IMG/VR virus record: IMGVR_UViG_3300007735_000786
Coordinates: 8,752-72,751 of that record
DNA: 64,000 nt
Direction: 5' to 3' (one strand)
Origin: a virus
The translations under genes were made by a program, and so were the position numbers. Shown here in pieces: positions 43,630 through 53,012 of this stretch (its first letter is position 1; each line of letters starts with the position of its first letter). The notes under the pieces were generated by a model. The model worked only from the letters and a program-made list of their open reading frames with translations, was not told the DNA's origin and did not search any database.

Positions 43630-44796
43630 TTAAACAGTGCCGTCATCAGAGACGTAGCTGAATGCAGTGGTAACGAAGTCCTTGTTCAAGGCTTCAAAAC
43701 CAGCATACAGTTGCCAAATCAAGATGATGAAACGACTGAAGTCATCGTTGTTGTTGATGAGTACTTGAGCGTTAGGACCGCCAATACCAACACCAATTGC
43801 TTGAGGGCCAAAGAAGTAACCTTGTGCAACTTCCTGAGAAGCGTAGGTACCAGATACGCCGTTAAAGGCTGTGGTAACGTTCTTGGTTGGGAAGTTCGTT
43901 GACTCATAGAACTTCACACCTTCAAACTGAACGCCAGTAGGCATTACAGGTTCACCAGCCAAGAAGTAAGCTTGACCAGCTTGGGGACCCATGAAGAAGC
44001 TGGCGTTGTTAGGCATCATGGGATTAGCCATGTACATGCCTTGACCGGGGTTACCGGCATAACGTGCAATCTCACGGAAGTCAGGGTCACGACGCAAGTG
44101 CATCATGAATGTAGGGTCGCAAATGCAACGATACAAACCATCAGCAAAACTTGGTACGTTACGCTTACGTAAATCTTTAACTACAGTTAACAGGTCAGTA
44201 GATACATGGAACTGTTGAAGATCAGCTGTGTATTCAGCTGACTCATAAGAAATACGGCCAGAGGAATCTTTGGTTTTGTTACCAGCAAAGTAGTAACCAC
44301 CTTGTGTTCCAGAAGCTTTACCATTAGCTTCAGTTTTAGCTAGTTCGTCAAGGAAGACGCGATCACGCCAACGACGATAGTCATCTAGCAGTGTGAGGCT
44401 ACCGATAGATTGGTGGAACATATTCAAGTTACCTGTGTCCAGCAACATGCGCTGAGCGGTAACTAGAGTTTCACGAGCAATCTTAAAGGTTGAAGGTTGG
44501 GTAGGATCACCAGGGTCCGCAGGACCGGTGTACTCCTTAAGCACCACAAGGACTTTCTCCTTGGTGATGTTACGGCTATTAGCGGTACCAATGGTTTGGT
44601 CGGCAATACGCTCGCGGCTATCCTTAGTACCAGGGGTTCCCCAGAACTTGTAGCGGTCGAGTTGTACAGTTTGACCAGGTTGGCGTGTGAAGTCGTGGAC
44701 GACCACGGGCTCAACAGCCATTTCCGCAATATAAGCAGGGTGGGGACGGTAAAGTTCCGCACCTAGAATCTTTGGAAAATCGTTATCAATGAACAC
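43630..44796 (-). CDS. major capsid protein
   Basis: 388 aa, GGAGG RBS, after portal and scaffold; FEGVKFYES and DDF.R...W C-terminal HK97-like pattern. Confidence 0.8.
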   Translation of the reverse strand: MFIDNDFPKILGAELYRPHPAYIAEMAVEPVVVHDFTRQPGQTVQLDRYKFWGTPGTKDSRERIADQTIGTANSRNITKEKVLVVLKEYTGPADPGDPTQPSTFKIARETLVTAQRMLLDTGNLNMFHQSIGSLTLLDDYRRWRDRVFLDELAKTEANGKASGTQGGYYFAGNKTKDSSGRISYESAEYTADLQQFHVSTDLLTVVKDLRKRNVPSFADGLYRCICDPTFMMHLRRDPDFREIARYAGNPGQGMYMANPMMPNNASFFMGPQAGQAYFLAGEPVMPTGVQFEGVKFYESTNFPTKNVTTAFNGVSGTYASQEVAQGYFFGPQAIGVGIGGPNAQVLINNNDDFSRFIILIWQLYAGFEALNKDFVTTAFSYVSDDGTV

Positions 44797-44913
44797 TTTG
44801 TTTTATCCTCCAGTTCTCGGGGAATGTTTTTACAGGGTGAAAGATTCAGACATTATATGTCTTATCTAACATGATTTTAACAGCTTGTAATTTATTCATT
44901 ACAAGCTGATGTA

Positions 44914-45909
44914 TTACTCCATTACAAACAATTTGTTTGCAACAGTTTGAGGTTGTGCTTGATTCAAAATGCGCCAAGCATTTTGTGGATCACGTGTCAT
45001 TGTGTCGTTAAATTCACCCCAGAAATTACCAGGGGCTTGAGGAGCAGCAGCAGCAGGAGGTGCAGGGAACTGACCTACTTGTGAATAACCAGCAGGCTGA
45101 GTGGGATAACCACGAGTAGCTAGTTGCTCTTCATTTTCGTACACAGGATAAGGACCTTCAGGACCGAAGAACTTAAGCGTGTAGTCGCTGAGTACATCAG
45201 GGTTAGTCAGAATCTCGTTATAGGCGAGGTTCTCCTGGTGCTCATTAACGGCAAAGTTGGCGTAACCAGTAATACAGTTAGCTGCGCGGTTTCCCCATGC
45301 GACGGCGCTGTCCACCATTGCTTCCAGGTTTAGCGCGTAGTTGTTCAGGACTGCCGGAGCTTCCATCCCGAACACGTCCAGAACCTGACGCGTTTCGTTG
45401 CTCAGATTGTAATAATCTGCTACCGCCGTATTTATCGCCTGCTGATCCTGAACCGCCGATGATGCCGTCGAGGAGGTTGGGGAAGAGTTGGGCAAGTAAG
45501 CCTGGTTGGCTTGCCAGGTCTGCGGAGCCGATTGTTGCGTAGCTTGGCTGTACGGAATTCCGTAATTGGCCGGGGTATACTGAGGTGCCGCTTGAGAGGG
45601 TTGACCCTGGAACGGGGATTGGACTGGTGCGCTCAGTAGCCCCACTACCTTGTTGAACGCCGACTCCCATGGGTTGCCCTGAGGTGCCGCCGGTTGGGAT
45701 TGGGGGGCGTATTGAGTAGGGCTTGATTGGTAACTGGGGTTCGCCTGAGGTACCGCTTGGGGGTAACTCGTACCCACTTGATAAGCCTGAGGTGCTGCCT
45801 GGTAGCTGACCGGAGCTGCTTGAGGTGCTGCCACCACGTAGTTGCTCGGAGCGACGGCTGCTGGTACTTGGCTCATCTGTGGGATCGATTGGACGGTAGC
45901 GTCCTGCAT
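44914..45909 (-). CDS. putative scaffold protein
   Basis: P/Q/A-rich, AAGGAG RBS, between portal and capsid. Confidence 0.65.
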   Translation of the reverse strand: MQDATVQSIPQMSQVPAAVAPSNYVVAAPQAAPVSYQAAPQAYQVGTSYPQAVPQANPSYQSSPTQYAPQSQPAAPQGNPWESAFNKVVGLLSAPVQSPFQGQPSQAAPQYTPANYGIPYSQATQQSAPQTWQANQAYLPNSSPTSSTASSAVQDQQAINTAVADYYNLSNETRQVLDVFGMEAPAVLNNYALNLEAMVDSAVAWGNRAANCITGYANFAVNEHQENLAYNEILTNPDVLSDYTLKFFGPEGPYPVYENEEQLATRGYPTQPAGYSQVGQFPAPPAAAAPQAPGNFWGEFNDTMTRDPQNAWRILNQAQPQTVANKLFVME

Positions 45910-47656
45910 AACTCATCTCCTTTTGTAATGCTTCTAATGTACGATACAGATATGGAGTTAGATCCAATCTTGGATCCGCAGCCATCGGTAAGTCCGGTGA
46001 TTGCGGGTGAGGAGTCTGCATCATACCCCCCACCAGGCGAGAGAATTGAGAGTATGCACTCTGTAATTCATTCACCATCCTGAACGGGAACCCAGATAAC
46101 ATCTCGGCCCGCTCCTCTTCCGTTTTTGAGGGGAAGAGGTATTTCAGTGCTTCAATGCTATCAACACCTAATTCCTGTAGGTTCCTAACAACAATTGAGT
46201 TGTTAAGAATATCTTGTGTTGAGTCTTCGTAAACAGGACCCATCCAACGCCATTGGAGCGTTACATCTCCATCTGGTATTAGTCCTAATACACCAGGTGG
46301 TATTTGTTGAGTCTTAAGACAAGCCATCATTATCTTCTTGACTTGATCTTCAAACATACGCATAGCTTCGTTATATGCTGCTGTGTCTTCATCCGTAGCT
46401 TGCTCGGGAAGTTCCAAAGGTCTTTCAATTCCTGCAGCCGCTGCTAATGTGTTACGGAATAAAGTTTCCTCTTGGAATAAGATAAGCTCTAAACAACGAC
46501 ATATCCCATATGTGTAAATAGCTGTTGCTTTTTTCTTTGCAGTGGCAGATACCCTGCCAAATAATGATTTGTATTCTGTTGCAGTTACACCTGCAGATAT
46601 AGATAGTTCATCTACACCACCGAGAGATGTACGTATTTCTTCTCGGTATTGACGTGCAAAAGAATTTTGATCTCCTGTGATTGCATCTGGAACAATGTAA
46701 CCAACACGATCATTAGGTTCAAGGTTTGCAATGATGCGTGGTACTCGGAGTTGTCCATCAATACCGCGATATATAGGATCAGATTTAAACTGAGATCTAC
46801 TTAAAGGTCCTGCACCACCAAAGCCTGAGTTCGCTGCAATAGAAGGACGTTGCACAGTAGCAGTATCGCTACTAGATTCCATTAGGTCCGTTTTAGGACG
46901 AGAAGAAAGTAGAGTTGGGCTACCAAAGAAGGTAACATTCTTCCGCATGGTACGCACCAAGTCGTCATGCGTGCATATATGGTTGGCTAAGGCGTCAAAT
47001 TCACCAACACCTTCCATTGAGAAGCCTTTGGTATTATTAAAGATTTCAACACAAGGAATAAAGCCAAGCGTATTTTTAAGTGTGGTGGTACGCCCAGAGT
47101 TCATTTGATAGTTAGTATCAAATGATAGTTCTGCTTCCGAGTGTGTCTCTTCTATTGTTTTACGTTTAATCGAAAGACGAATGTAACGTTTAACTCCGCC
47201 TTGCCCCATGGAAACAGAACCTGTTACATCAGAAGATACAATGTCTTGTTGGTAGCCGAAACCTTGACGTATCTTGTAACTATAGATAATTACAACTTCG
47301 TCTAACTCGCCGTCAATGTTGTAGAAACTCCTATACTCATTACGTCTAAAGAAGTAAAGGCGATAATTGTTTTCTGTAGGACGTATATAAAAAAGACCTT
47401 GTCCATCACACAGGAAATAGTCCCAGATAGAATCTAAGCGTGTGTCTATTTGATTGAATTTGATTACACGGTCGATAAAGTCTTTGCGTTGATTACCAAA
47501 GTTATCTTGAGCTGGAAAGAATTCAACACCCTGGCGGATGCCAAATAACTTCATCTGTGCTAAGTGGGACGCAACAATACCGGTATCAACGGAAGCTCCT
47601 CCATCCTTCTCGATGTAGGAATCAACAATCTCTTTAAGCCGGGCTTTAGCGTCCAT
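45278..47656 (-). CDS. portal protein with long disordered C-terminal tail
   Basis: NTLGFIPCVEI.N....G.GEF, ISAGVTA, V.LQW motifs; position between terminase and capsid. Confidence 0.75.
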   Translation of the reverse strand: MDAKARLKEIVDSYIEKDGGASVDTGIVASHLAQMKLFGIRQGVEFFPAQDNFGNQRKDFIDRVIKFNQIDTRLDSIWDYFLCDGQGLFYIRPTENNYRLYFFRRNEYRSFYNIDGELDEVVIIYSYKIRQGFGYQQDIVSSDVTGSVSMGQGGVKRYIRLSIKRKTIEETHSEAELSFDTNYQMNSGRTTTLKNTLGFIPCVEIFNNTKGFSMEGVGEFDALANHICTHDDLVRTMRKNVTFFGSPTLLSSRPKTDLMESSSDTATVQRPSIAANSGFGGAGPLSRSQFKSDPIYRGIDGQLRVPRIIANLEPNDRVGYIVPDAITGDQNSFARQYREEIRTSLGGVDELSISAGVTATEYKSLFGRVSATAKKKATAIYTYGICRCLELILFQEETLFRNTLAAAAGIERPLELPEQATDEDTAAYNEAMRMFEDQVKKIMMACLKTQQIPPGVLGLIPDGDVTLQWRWMGPVYEDSTQDILNNSIVVRNLQELGVDSIEALKYLFPSKTEEERAEMLSGFPFRMVNELQSAYSQFSRLVGGMMQTPHPQSPDLPMAADPRLDLTPYLYRTLEALQKEMSYAGRYRPIDPTDEPSTSSRRSEQLRGGSTSSSSGQLPGSTSGLSSGYELPPSGTSGEPQLPIKPYSIRPPIPTGGTSGQPMGVGVQQGSGATERTSPIPVPGSTLSSGTSVYPGQLRNSVQPSYATIGSADLASQPGLLAQLFPNLLDGIIGGSGSAGDKYGGSRLLQSEQRNASGSGRVRDGSSGSPEQLRAKPGSNGGQRRRMGKPRS

Positions 47657-47687
47657 TAATTATTACCTTTGTTAAATGCTAGCAGAT

Positions 47688-48503
47688 TTAAGAGACATAT
47701 TTATTGATAAATCCGTTTGGTAAAGAAGATTGATTTTCGCGAAGCTGCGCTAACATTTGTTCCATGCCATCGGGATCTTCAGTAAGATCTTGAGCAAGAG
47801 GAACAGATCCCTTTGGACGCACATTACCAGGACCTGCTGCACCACGATTAGGTAAGATTCCCCCTTGTCCGCCAAACGCGTCAGGGTAGTATTTAACGGG
47901 TGTACTAGGACCTTGGTTCTGTGCAAGTAAAGCTTCAAAAGGGTTTATTTCACTAGATGAACTACCACCTCTCATCATTTTTATTGCTTCTTCAGTTGCT
48001 CTTTTTCTTTCCATCATTCTCTCCCCTGTTTTAGTTCCTAATTCATCCATGGTAGGCTTTTCTCCTGGCTTAAGTGGTTTAGATTTTCTACCAAAAATAC
48101 CATCAAGTATTCCTGCTACTTCACCAAAAGGAGCTTCAGCTTGTGTAAAAGTTGAATTTGCAAGACCTCCCATATTACCCATTGGAAACTGACCTCCCAT
48201 ATTAGTGACCGCATTGGGAAGATTGCTAGAACCAAAAGCTAACGGGTTTTGATTCCCAAATTGACCTTCTGCTTTCTTTACAAAGCCAGGGAGATCTTCT
48301 CCTCCCCCTGGATTATTAAGAAGACGTTGACGTAATTTCTCACGCATTACAGGATCATTGGCATTAGGTATTCCCTGTACGTCACGACCTGGTATTTTAG
48401 GGTAACTTAGATCATGATTAAAGCCGCCTGCTATAGCTTCCATGCCTTCAACATTGCCTAGTTCCGTACCGTAAAAACCACCTGGTTGCGATTGATAATA
48501 CAT
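47688..48503 (-). CDS. hypothetical low-complexity protein
   Basis: 271 aa, G/P/N-rich. Confidence 0.6.
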   Translation of the reverse strand: MYYQSQPGGFYGTELGNVEGMEAIAGGFNHDLSYPKIPGRDVQGIPNANDPVMREKLRQRLLNNPGGGEDLPGFVKKAEGQFGNQNPLAFGSSNLPNAVTNMGGQFPMGNMGGLANSTFTQAEAPFGEVAGILDGIFGRKSKPLKPGEKPTMDELGTKTGERMMERKRATEEAIKMMRGGSSSSEINPFEALLAQNQGPSTPVKYYPDAFGGQGGILPNRGAAGPGNVRPKGSVPLAQDLTEDPDGMEQMLAQLRENQSSLPNGFINKYVS

Positions 48504-48529
48504 CTATTTACTGCTTTAATTTTTATATT

Positions 48530-48712
48530 CTACTCTTCTATAACCTCATAACCGCTTGAGTCATTTACTTTACTTAGAATGATGCCGTTACTACGTACAT
48601 CCCAACTAAGCACATCATCCTCCTTCCAGCCCAACTCATCGATTACTTCTTCTGGAAACGTGATAAAGCAATCACCGTTTTCATCTTCTTGGACTTCAAG
48701 TACGTAGCTCAT
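48530..48712 (-). CDS. AbrB/MazE-like DNA-binding protein
   Basis: ITFPEEVIDELGWKEDDVLSW..GIILSK. Confidence 0.7.
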   Translation of the reverse strand: MSYVLEVQEDENGDCFITFPEEVIDELGWKEDDVLSWDVRSNGIILSKVNDSSGYEVIEE

Positions 48713-49002
48713 TTTGCTAAAAGCTTTTCAATTAGCTTATCAAGCTTATTGTTAATTTGTCTAAAATTACTATGCATTTCTGTAATCTCGTGTAAGAAAT
48801 CAACCTTTAGTACGTAATCCATTGGTAAACGCTTTACTTCATCTTCTAGATTATCGATCCTACGTCTCTGTGTGTTGATGTGTTCCACGCCTTGTTGGAT
48901 CCTCTCCGTTTGACGGGACAACAGTTTGTTAGCCACCCAGGAACCACCTGTGATCGCTGAAATGACCGCAGTCAAAAAGATGGCAGCGTATTCCGGACCC
49001 AA
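48709..49002 (-). CDS. membrane-anchored coiled-coil protein
   Basis: N-terminal transmembrane segment; LP.DYVLKVDF...INNKLDKL. Confidence 0.6.
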   Translation of the reverse strand: MGPEYAAIFLTAVISAITGGSWVANKLLSRQTERIQQGVEHINTQRRRIDNLEDEVKRLPMDYVLKVDFLHEITEMHSNFRQINNKLDKLIEKLLAK

Positions 49003-49033
49003 GGTTTTAGATTTCTTTCCTTTAGTTTACAAT

Positions 49034-49062
49034 AAAAAACCCGACCGTGTTAGCAGTCGGGT
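49034..49062 (-). terminator. psbA terminator
   Basis: CCCGACTG..CGGTCGGG hairpin followed by T6. Confidence 0.7.
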
Positions 49063-49081
49063 AGATAATTTTATTTTAAAT

Positions 49082-50161
49082 TTAACTTAAGGCCGGAGCC
49101 TTTAGTGCTACAAGAACAGACTCAGTTGTAGCAAGGTCAAGAGGAAAGTTATGTGCATTACGCTCATGCATAACCTCGAAGCCTAGGCCAGCTCTGTTAA
49201 GAATATCAGCCCAAGTAGGCACCACACGATTCTGGCTATCAACAATAGATTGATTGAAGTTAAAACCATTTAAGTTAAATGCCATGGTTGATACACCAAG
49301 CGCAGCAAACCATATACCAATCACAGGCCAAGCGGCAAGAAAGAAATGAAGACTACGACTATTGTTAAAGCTGGCATACTGGAAAATAAGTCTTCCAAAA
49401 TAGCCGTGTGCTGCAACGATGTTGTAGGTCTCTTCTTCTTGACCAAACTTGTAGCCATAGTTTTGAGATACGTCTTCAGTCGTCTCACGTACCAATGAGG
49501 ATGTGACGAGAGAACCATGCATAGCACTGAATAACGATCCACCAAAAATCCCAGCTACACCTAACATGTGAAAAGGGTGCATAAGGATGTTATGCTCAGC
49601 CTGGAATACAAACATGTAGTTAAAGGTTCCTGATATACCAAGAGGCATTGCATCAGAAAACGAACCTTGACCAAAGGGGTAAATCAGGAATACAGCAGTT
49701 GCTGCAGCTACTGGTGCGGAGTACGCAACACAGATCCAGGGACGCATCCCTAATCTATAGCTAAGTTCCCACTCTCGTCCCATGTAAGCAAAGATGCCAA
49801 TGAGGAAGTGGAAGATGACGAGCTGAAAGGGACCCCCGTTGTAGAGCCACTCGTCAAGCGAAGAAGCTTCCCAAATTGAATAGAAATGTAAGCCGATTGC
49901 ATTGCTGCTGGGCACAACGGCTCCGCTGATGATGTTGTTTCCGTATAGGAGGGATCCAGCAACAGGTTCACGAATGCCATCGATATCAACGGGTGGAGCA
50001 GCAATAAAAGCAATGATAAAACAAATGGTGGCGGCCAGTAGGCAAGGGATCATAAGTACACCAAACCAACCGACATAAAGACGATTTTCAGTGCCTGTAA
50101 CCCACTTACAAAACTGATCCCACCCAGCCACGCTAGAACGTGGAGCAAGAGTAGAAACCAT
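49082..50161 (-). CDS. psbA: photosystem II D1 protein
   Basis: Full D1 sequence with D170, E189, H332, E333 and [10 protein letters not shown]; E130 form; start at MVSTLAPR. Confidence 0.99.
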   Translation of the reverse strand: MVSTLAPRSSVAGWDQFCKWVTGTENRLYVGWFGVLMIPCLLAATICFIIAFIAAPPVDIDGIREPVAGSLLYGNNIISGAVVPSSNAIGLHFYSIWEASSLDEWLYNGGPFQLVIFHFLIGIFAYMGREWELSYRLGMRPWICVAYSAPVAAATAVFLIYPFGQGSFSDAMPLGISGTFNYMFVFQAEHNILMHPFHMLGVAGIFGGSLFSAMHGSLVTSSLVRETTEDVSQNYGYKFGQEEETYNIVAAHGYFGRLIFQYASFNNSRSLHFFLAAWPVIGIWFAALGVSTMAFNLNGFNFNQSIVDSQNRVVPTWADILNRAGLGFEVMHERNAHNFPLDLATTESVLVALKAPALS

Positions 50162-50185
50162 GAGGACGTTAAGAAACATGTAGAT

Positions 50186-50205
50186 ATGTGAGGAATTCCT
50201 CACAT
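50186..50205. promoter_or_regulatory. perfect 20-bp palindrome in the psbA leader
   Basis: ATGTGAGGAATTCCTCACAT just downstream of the minus-strand TAGAAT. Confidence 0.6.
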
Positions 50206-50270
50206 TTTTATTCTATATGTTAAGATCTACTGCTGTAACTAATTTTTATAATTTTATAAAGTCTTTAGAA

Positions 50271-52934
50271 TTAAAAGTCTAGGTGTAATTGACCTTTCCG
50301 TGCTAGACCGTTAACTAACCACACAAGGGCATCCGCACAATCATCATGACTACTTACGCCGAAGTTCGTGAGTTCCTCGAAGAGATTTGTGAAGTTCCTA
50401 AATCGATTAAAGATTATTTTTCTATCTTCAAACATGCCCATAATGCCGCGAAACCTTGCAAGCTTATCTGCACGGAAACCTTTGACAGGATGCCACAAGA
50501 TGTTGTAGAGACCTTCTTGATTTAAACAAACTCTTTTAAAGTCTGCTTCCAAGGACGCCTGGTACTGTACAGCTTCAGACCATATGTCAACTGTTGCGAA
50601 AGTCGGGAAATAATTATTGTTTTCATCTTTACCGAGAATAGACCAGTCGTTAAGAAGTTCTTTAAGCACATCAAGTTTTTCCAGGTTTCCCATGACTCGT
50701 ATTCGTCTGTAATCAATAATATGAATTTGATCGCCGATACGTCCACCTAGTACCATAACGGTGTAATCATTCTTTTCTTTAACACCAGCAGATAGATCAA
50801 CACCCACACCAAGAGTATCAAACTCCGTTGCAATTTCTGCTTTAACTATTAGTTCTGGTGCTAAGGAAAGTTCGTTTTGTCTAATAATTTGATTCATGTA
50901 CTGAAAAGAAAAAGCGATAGGTGCCTGTCGTTTTTTTTCCTTTAGGTATTCCAAAGACCACATTTCAGGCCAGTAGGATTCTTCTTCTCCTGTTATAAGA
51001 TTGTTCCTAATTGCAGGAAGAACAATCTGCATCCAATTATTTTGTTCATTAAAAGTTGTCGCATGAATGTCATCATGTCGGAAGCGTGTACCAAGACATA
51101 TTGCTCGTGCGCCTTCAAACATCGTAGGTGCGATCACAGCATTCCAGTTCTCTTGCATTTGTTTTCTAATGTCTGGATTTGAGATATCTGCCGAACTTTT
51201 TATGGCGTCATCTATCATTACTAAATGAGATCGTTTGGAAGTAACTGAACCTTTAAGTCCTGCAGCACAAAGTGTAAACTGTTCATCACCAGTTGTGTCA
51301 ATACCTGCAAAACGATGATCTATTGACCAATACTCATTACTGGTTACATTTTTCATTAGGCGTACAGTAGGGAAAACTTCTTGGTATCGCTTGCTTTCAA
51401 TGATGCGTTTGATAGTAGCACTTTTGGATCGTGCAATATCAACTGTGTATGACAAGTAAAGAATCTGTAGAGGACGTTTAGCTTTAGTATGAATACCAAT
51501 AGCCCATGCCGTAAGCAAACCCAAGACTGTGCTTTTGGCCGAATTTTTACTGACAATATAATCTTTTGTTAAGAATGTATGACACTCATCCTGAACTTCT
51601 ATGCAACGTACCTTCTCTTCAAACGATGGTTTAATATCTACAATGCCACGGCAAGGAAGGTATTTAGTACAGGGAGCATACCTCAGTGCTTTACGCTCCA
51701 GAAAGAAGGGTCTGATCTCAGGGTTTAATTTTATTCCTACTTTATAAGAAGGTGTTGTTGTACGGGTTTTTACTCCGTTAGGCAGCGTATAAGAATTAAA
51801 CTGTGCACTATGTCTAGTTGCAATACCTCCTAATGATTGAACTAATTCAATGATGTCCTCTACCAGTTGTTGAGATGTAGTACAAAAAGAAACAGAACCA
51901 GAACTAGATACCGTGCCGTCCGTATCGAGTAAACCTTGTAGCAACGCCTCACGATCAGCAACAGAAGAAAGTAAGTATTCTTTTGGGATAAATTTTGATA
52001 CTGATGTTTTTCCATACAAGCCAAGCTTTTCAAGATTTCCTTTCACAGGATTTGGTGTTCCAGAAAAAAGGCTGCCTTTAACATGTGAAATACGATAACC
52101 GTACTTAGAAGCTTTTTTGAACGTGTAGTCTTTAGGTAAAAGTTGAGCGCAACGTTCAATCAATTCTGAATCAGCGCTAGTTATTGTTAAGTTTCCACTG
52201 CTTAAGGAACCATCTCCAATTAAAACACCAAGTAAATATGGATCAATTAAAAGTTCTTTTTCTGGATACTGAACTGGTTCCGTCACGGGAATATAGTAAC
52301 GAGCGTAGCCCCTGCTGTCCAACCAAGGTTTTTCTTCCTGTGAACAAGTTGTAGTAATACGTTGACTTGAAGAATCATCTTTACCGTCTCTTTTTATTCC
52401 ACTTGTTTTTTGTGTACGTATTTCATTAAGAGACATAACACGCCATTCACCTTTGGCATCAGAACTTACGCGCCGCACCTTCCATAGGTGTTGATCGTCA
52501 CAACGTACGGATGAACCATCTGTATAGGATATTTCCCACGTTGGAGACAATGCATAATCAGATATATTAATTACTTCTGTAACTTGCCCCTTCTCAGAAA
52601 AAACTAAATCACCTAATTGTAAATCACCAATTGGCACCCATCCGTTAGGAGTTGCTACTGGCATTGAAACAGCAAGTGGCCCCCTTGGTGCCAATAGGTC
52701 GACGTTTGGTCCAGCAATGTGTAAAAGGCAACTACTGTCTTCTTCTGTTATGAAATGTTTATGCCATTCCAAGTGGTGTTCAGCAGGAGGCTTGTCGGCT
52801 ACATATTCACAAAAGAAGCCAAAGTCTTCTTGCGCAAGCTTAAGAGCATCTACATTCTTGGGTATACGTATTTGTTGATTTTTAGCAGCAGCTTTTGCAT
52901 TACGTCGATAAGCAAGGTGTGTATAGCTAGGCAC
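50271..52934 (-). CDS. terL: terminase large subunit (intein-containing)
   Basis: Walker A APRG|SAKST split by the intein, Walker B VMIDD, GTRFRHDD, GVDL, HDDCADA. Confidence 0.92.
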   Translation of the reverse strand: MPSYTHLAYRRNAKAAAKNQQIRIPKNVDALKLAQEDFGFFCEYVADKPPAEHHLEWHKHFITEEDSSCLLHIAGPNVDLLAPRGPLAVSMPVATPNGWVPIGDLQLGDLVFSEKGQVTEVINISDYALSPTWEISYTDGSSVRCDDQHLWKVRRVSSDAKGEWRVMSLNEIRTQKTSGIKRDGKDDSSSQRITTTCSQEEKPWLDSRGYARYYIPVTEPVQYPEKELLIDPYLLGVLIGDGSLSSGNLTITSADSELIERCAQLLPKDYTFKKASKYGYRISHVKGSLFSGTPNPVKGNLEKLGLYGKTSVSKFIPKEYLLSSVADREALLQGLLDTDGTVSSSGSVSFCTTSQQLVEDIIELVQSLGGIATRHSAQFNSYTLPNGVKTRTTTPSYKVGIKLNPEIRPFFLERKALRYAPCTKYLPCRGIVDIKPSFEEKVRCIEVQDECHTFLTKDYIVSKNSAKSTVLGLLTAWAIGIHTKAKRPLQILYLSYTVDIARSKSATIKRIIESKRYQEVFPTVRLMKNVTSNEYWSIDHRFAGIDTTGDEQFTLCAAGLKGSVTSKRSHLVMIDDAIKSSADISNPDIRKQMQENWNAVIAPTMFEGARAICLGTRFRHDDIHATTFNEQNNWMQIVLPAIRNNLITGEEESYWPEMWSLEYLKEKKRQAPIAFSFQYMNQIIRQNELSLAPELIVKAEIATEFDTLGVGVDLSAGVKEKNDYTVMVLGGRIGDQIHIIDYRRIRVMGNLEKLDVLKELLNDWSILGKDENNNYFPTFATVDIWSEAVQYQASLEADFKRVCLNQEGLYNILWHPVKGFRADKLARFRGIMGMFEDRKIIFNRFRNFTNLFEELTNFGVSSHDDCADALVWLVNGLARKGQLHLDF
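51543..52679 (-). mobile_element. class-3-type intein with LAGLIDADG endonuclease (379 aa)
   Basis: Starts PLAVSMPV.TPNGW; HLW; YLLGVLIGDG and LLQGLLDTDG; VRCIEV; ends IVSKN|S. Confidence 0.9.
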
Positions 52935-53012
52935 AAAAATGTTTCAGGTTTAATGCATACTAAACCAAAACACGTTTTAATTGCTGTCTAAAAGTAAAAA
53001 TTTTTATTTTTA

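Noticed and set aside
50162-50203. 14-aa N-terminal extension of D1 in the ORF track
   Set aside because: The ATG at 50161 gives a normal 359-aa D1, and the extension lies in the leader palindrome.
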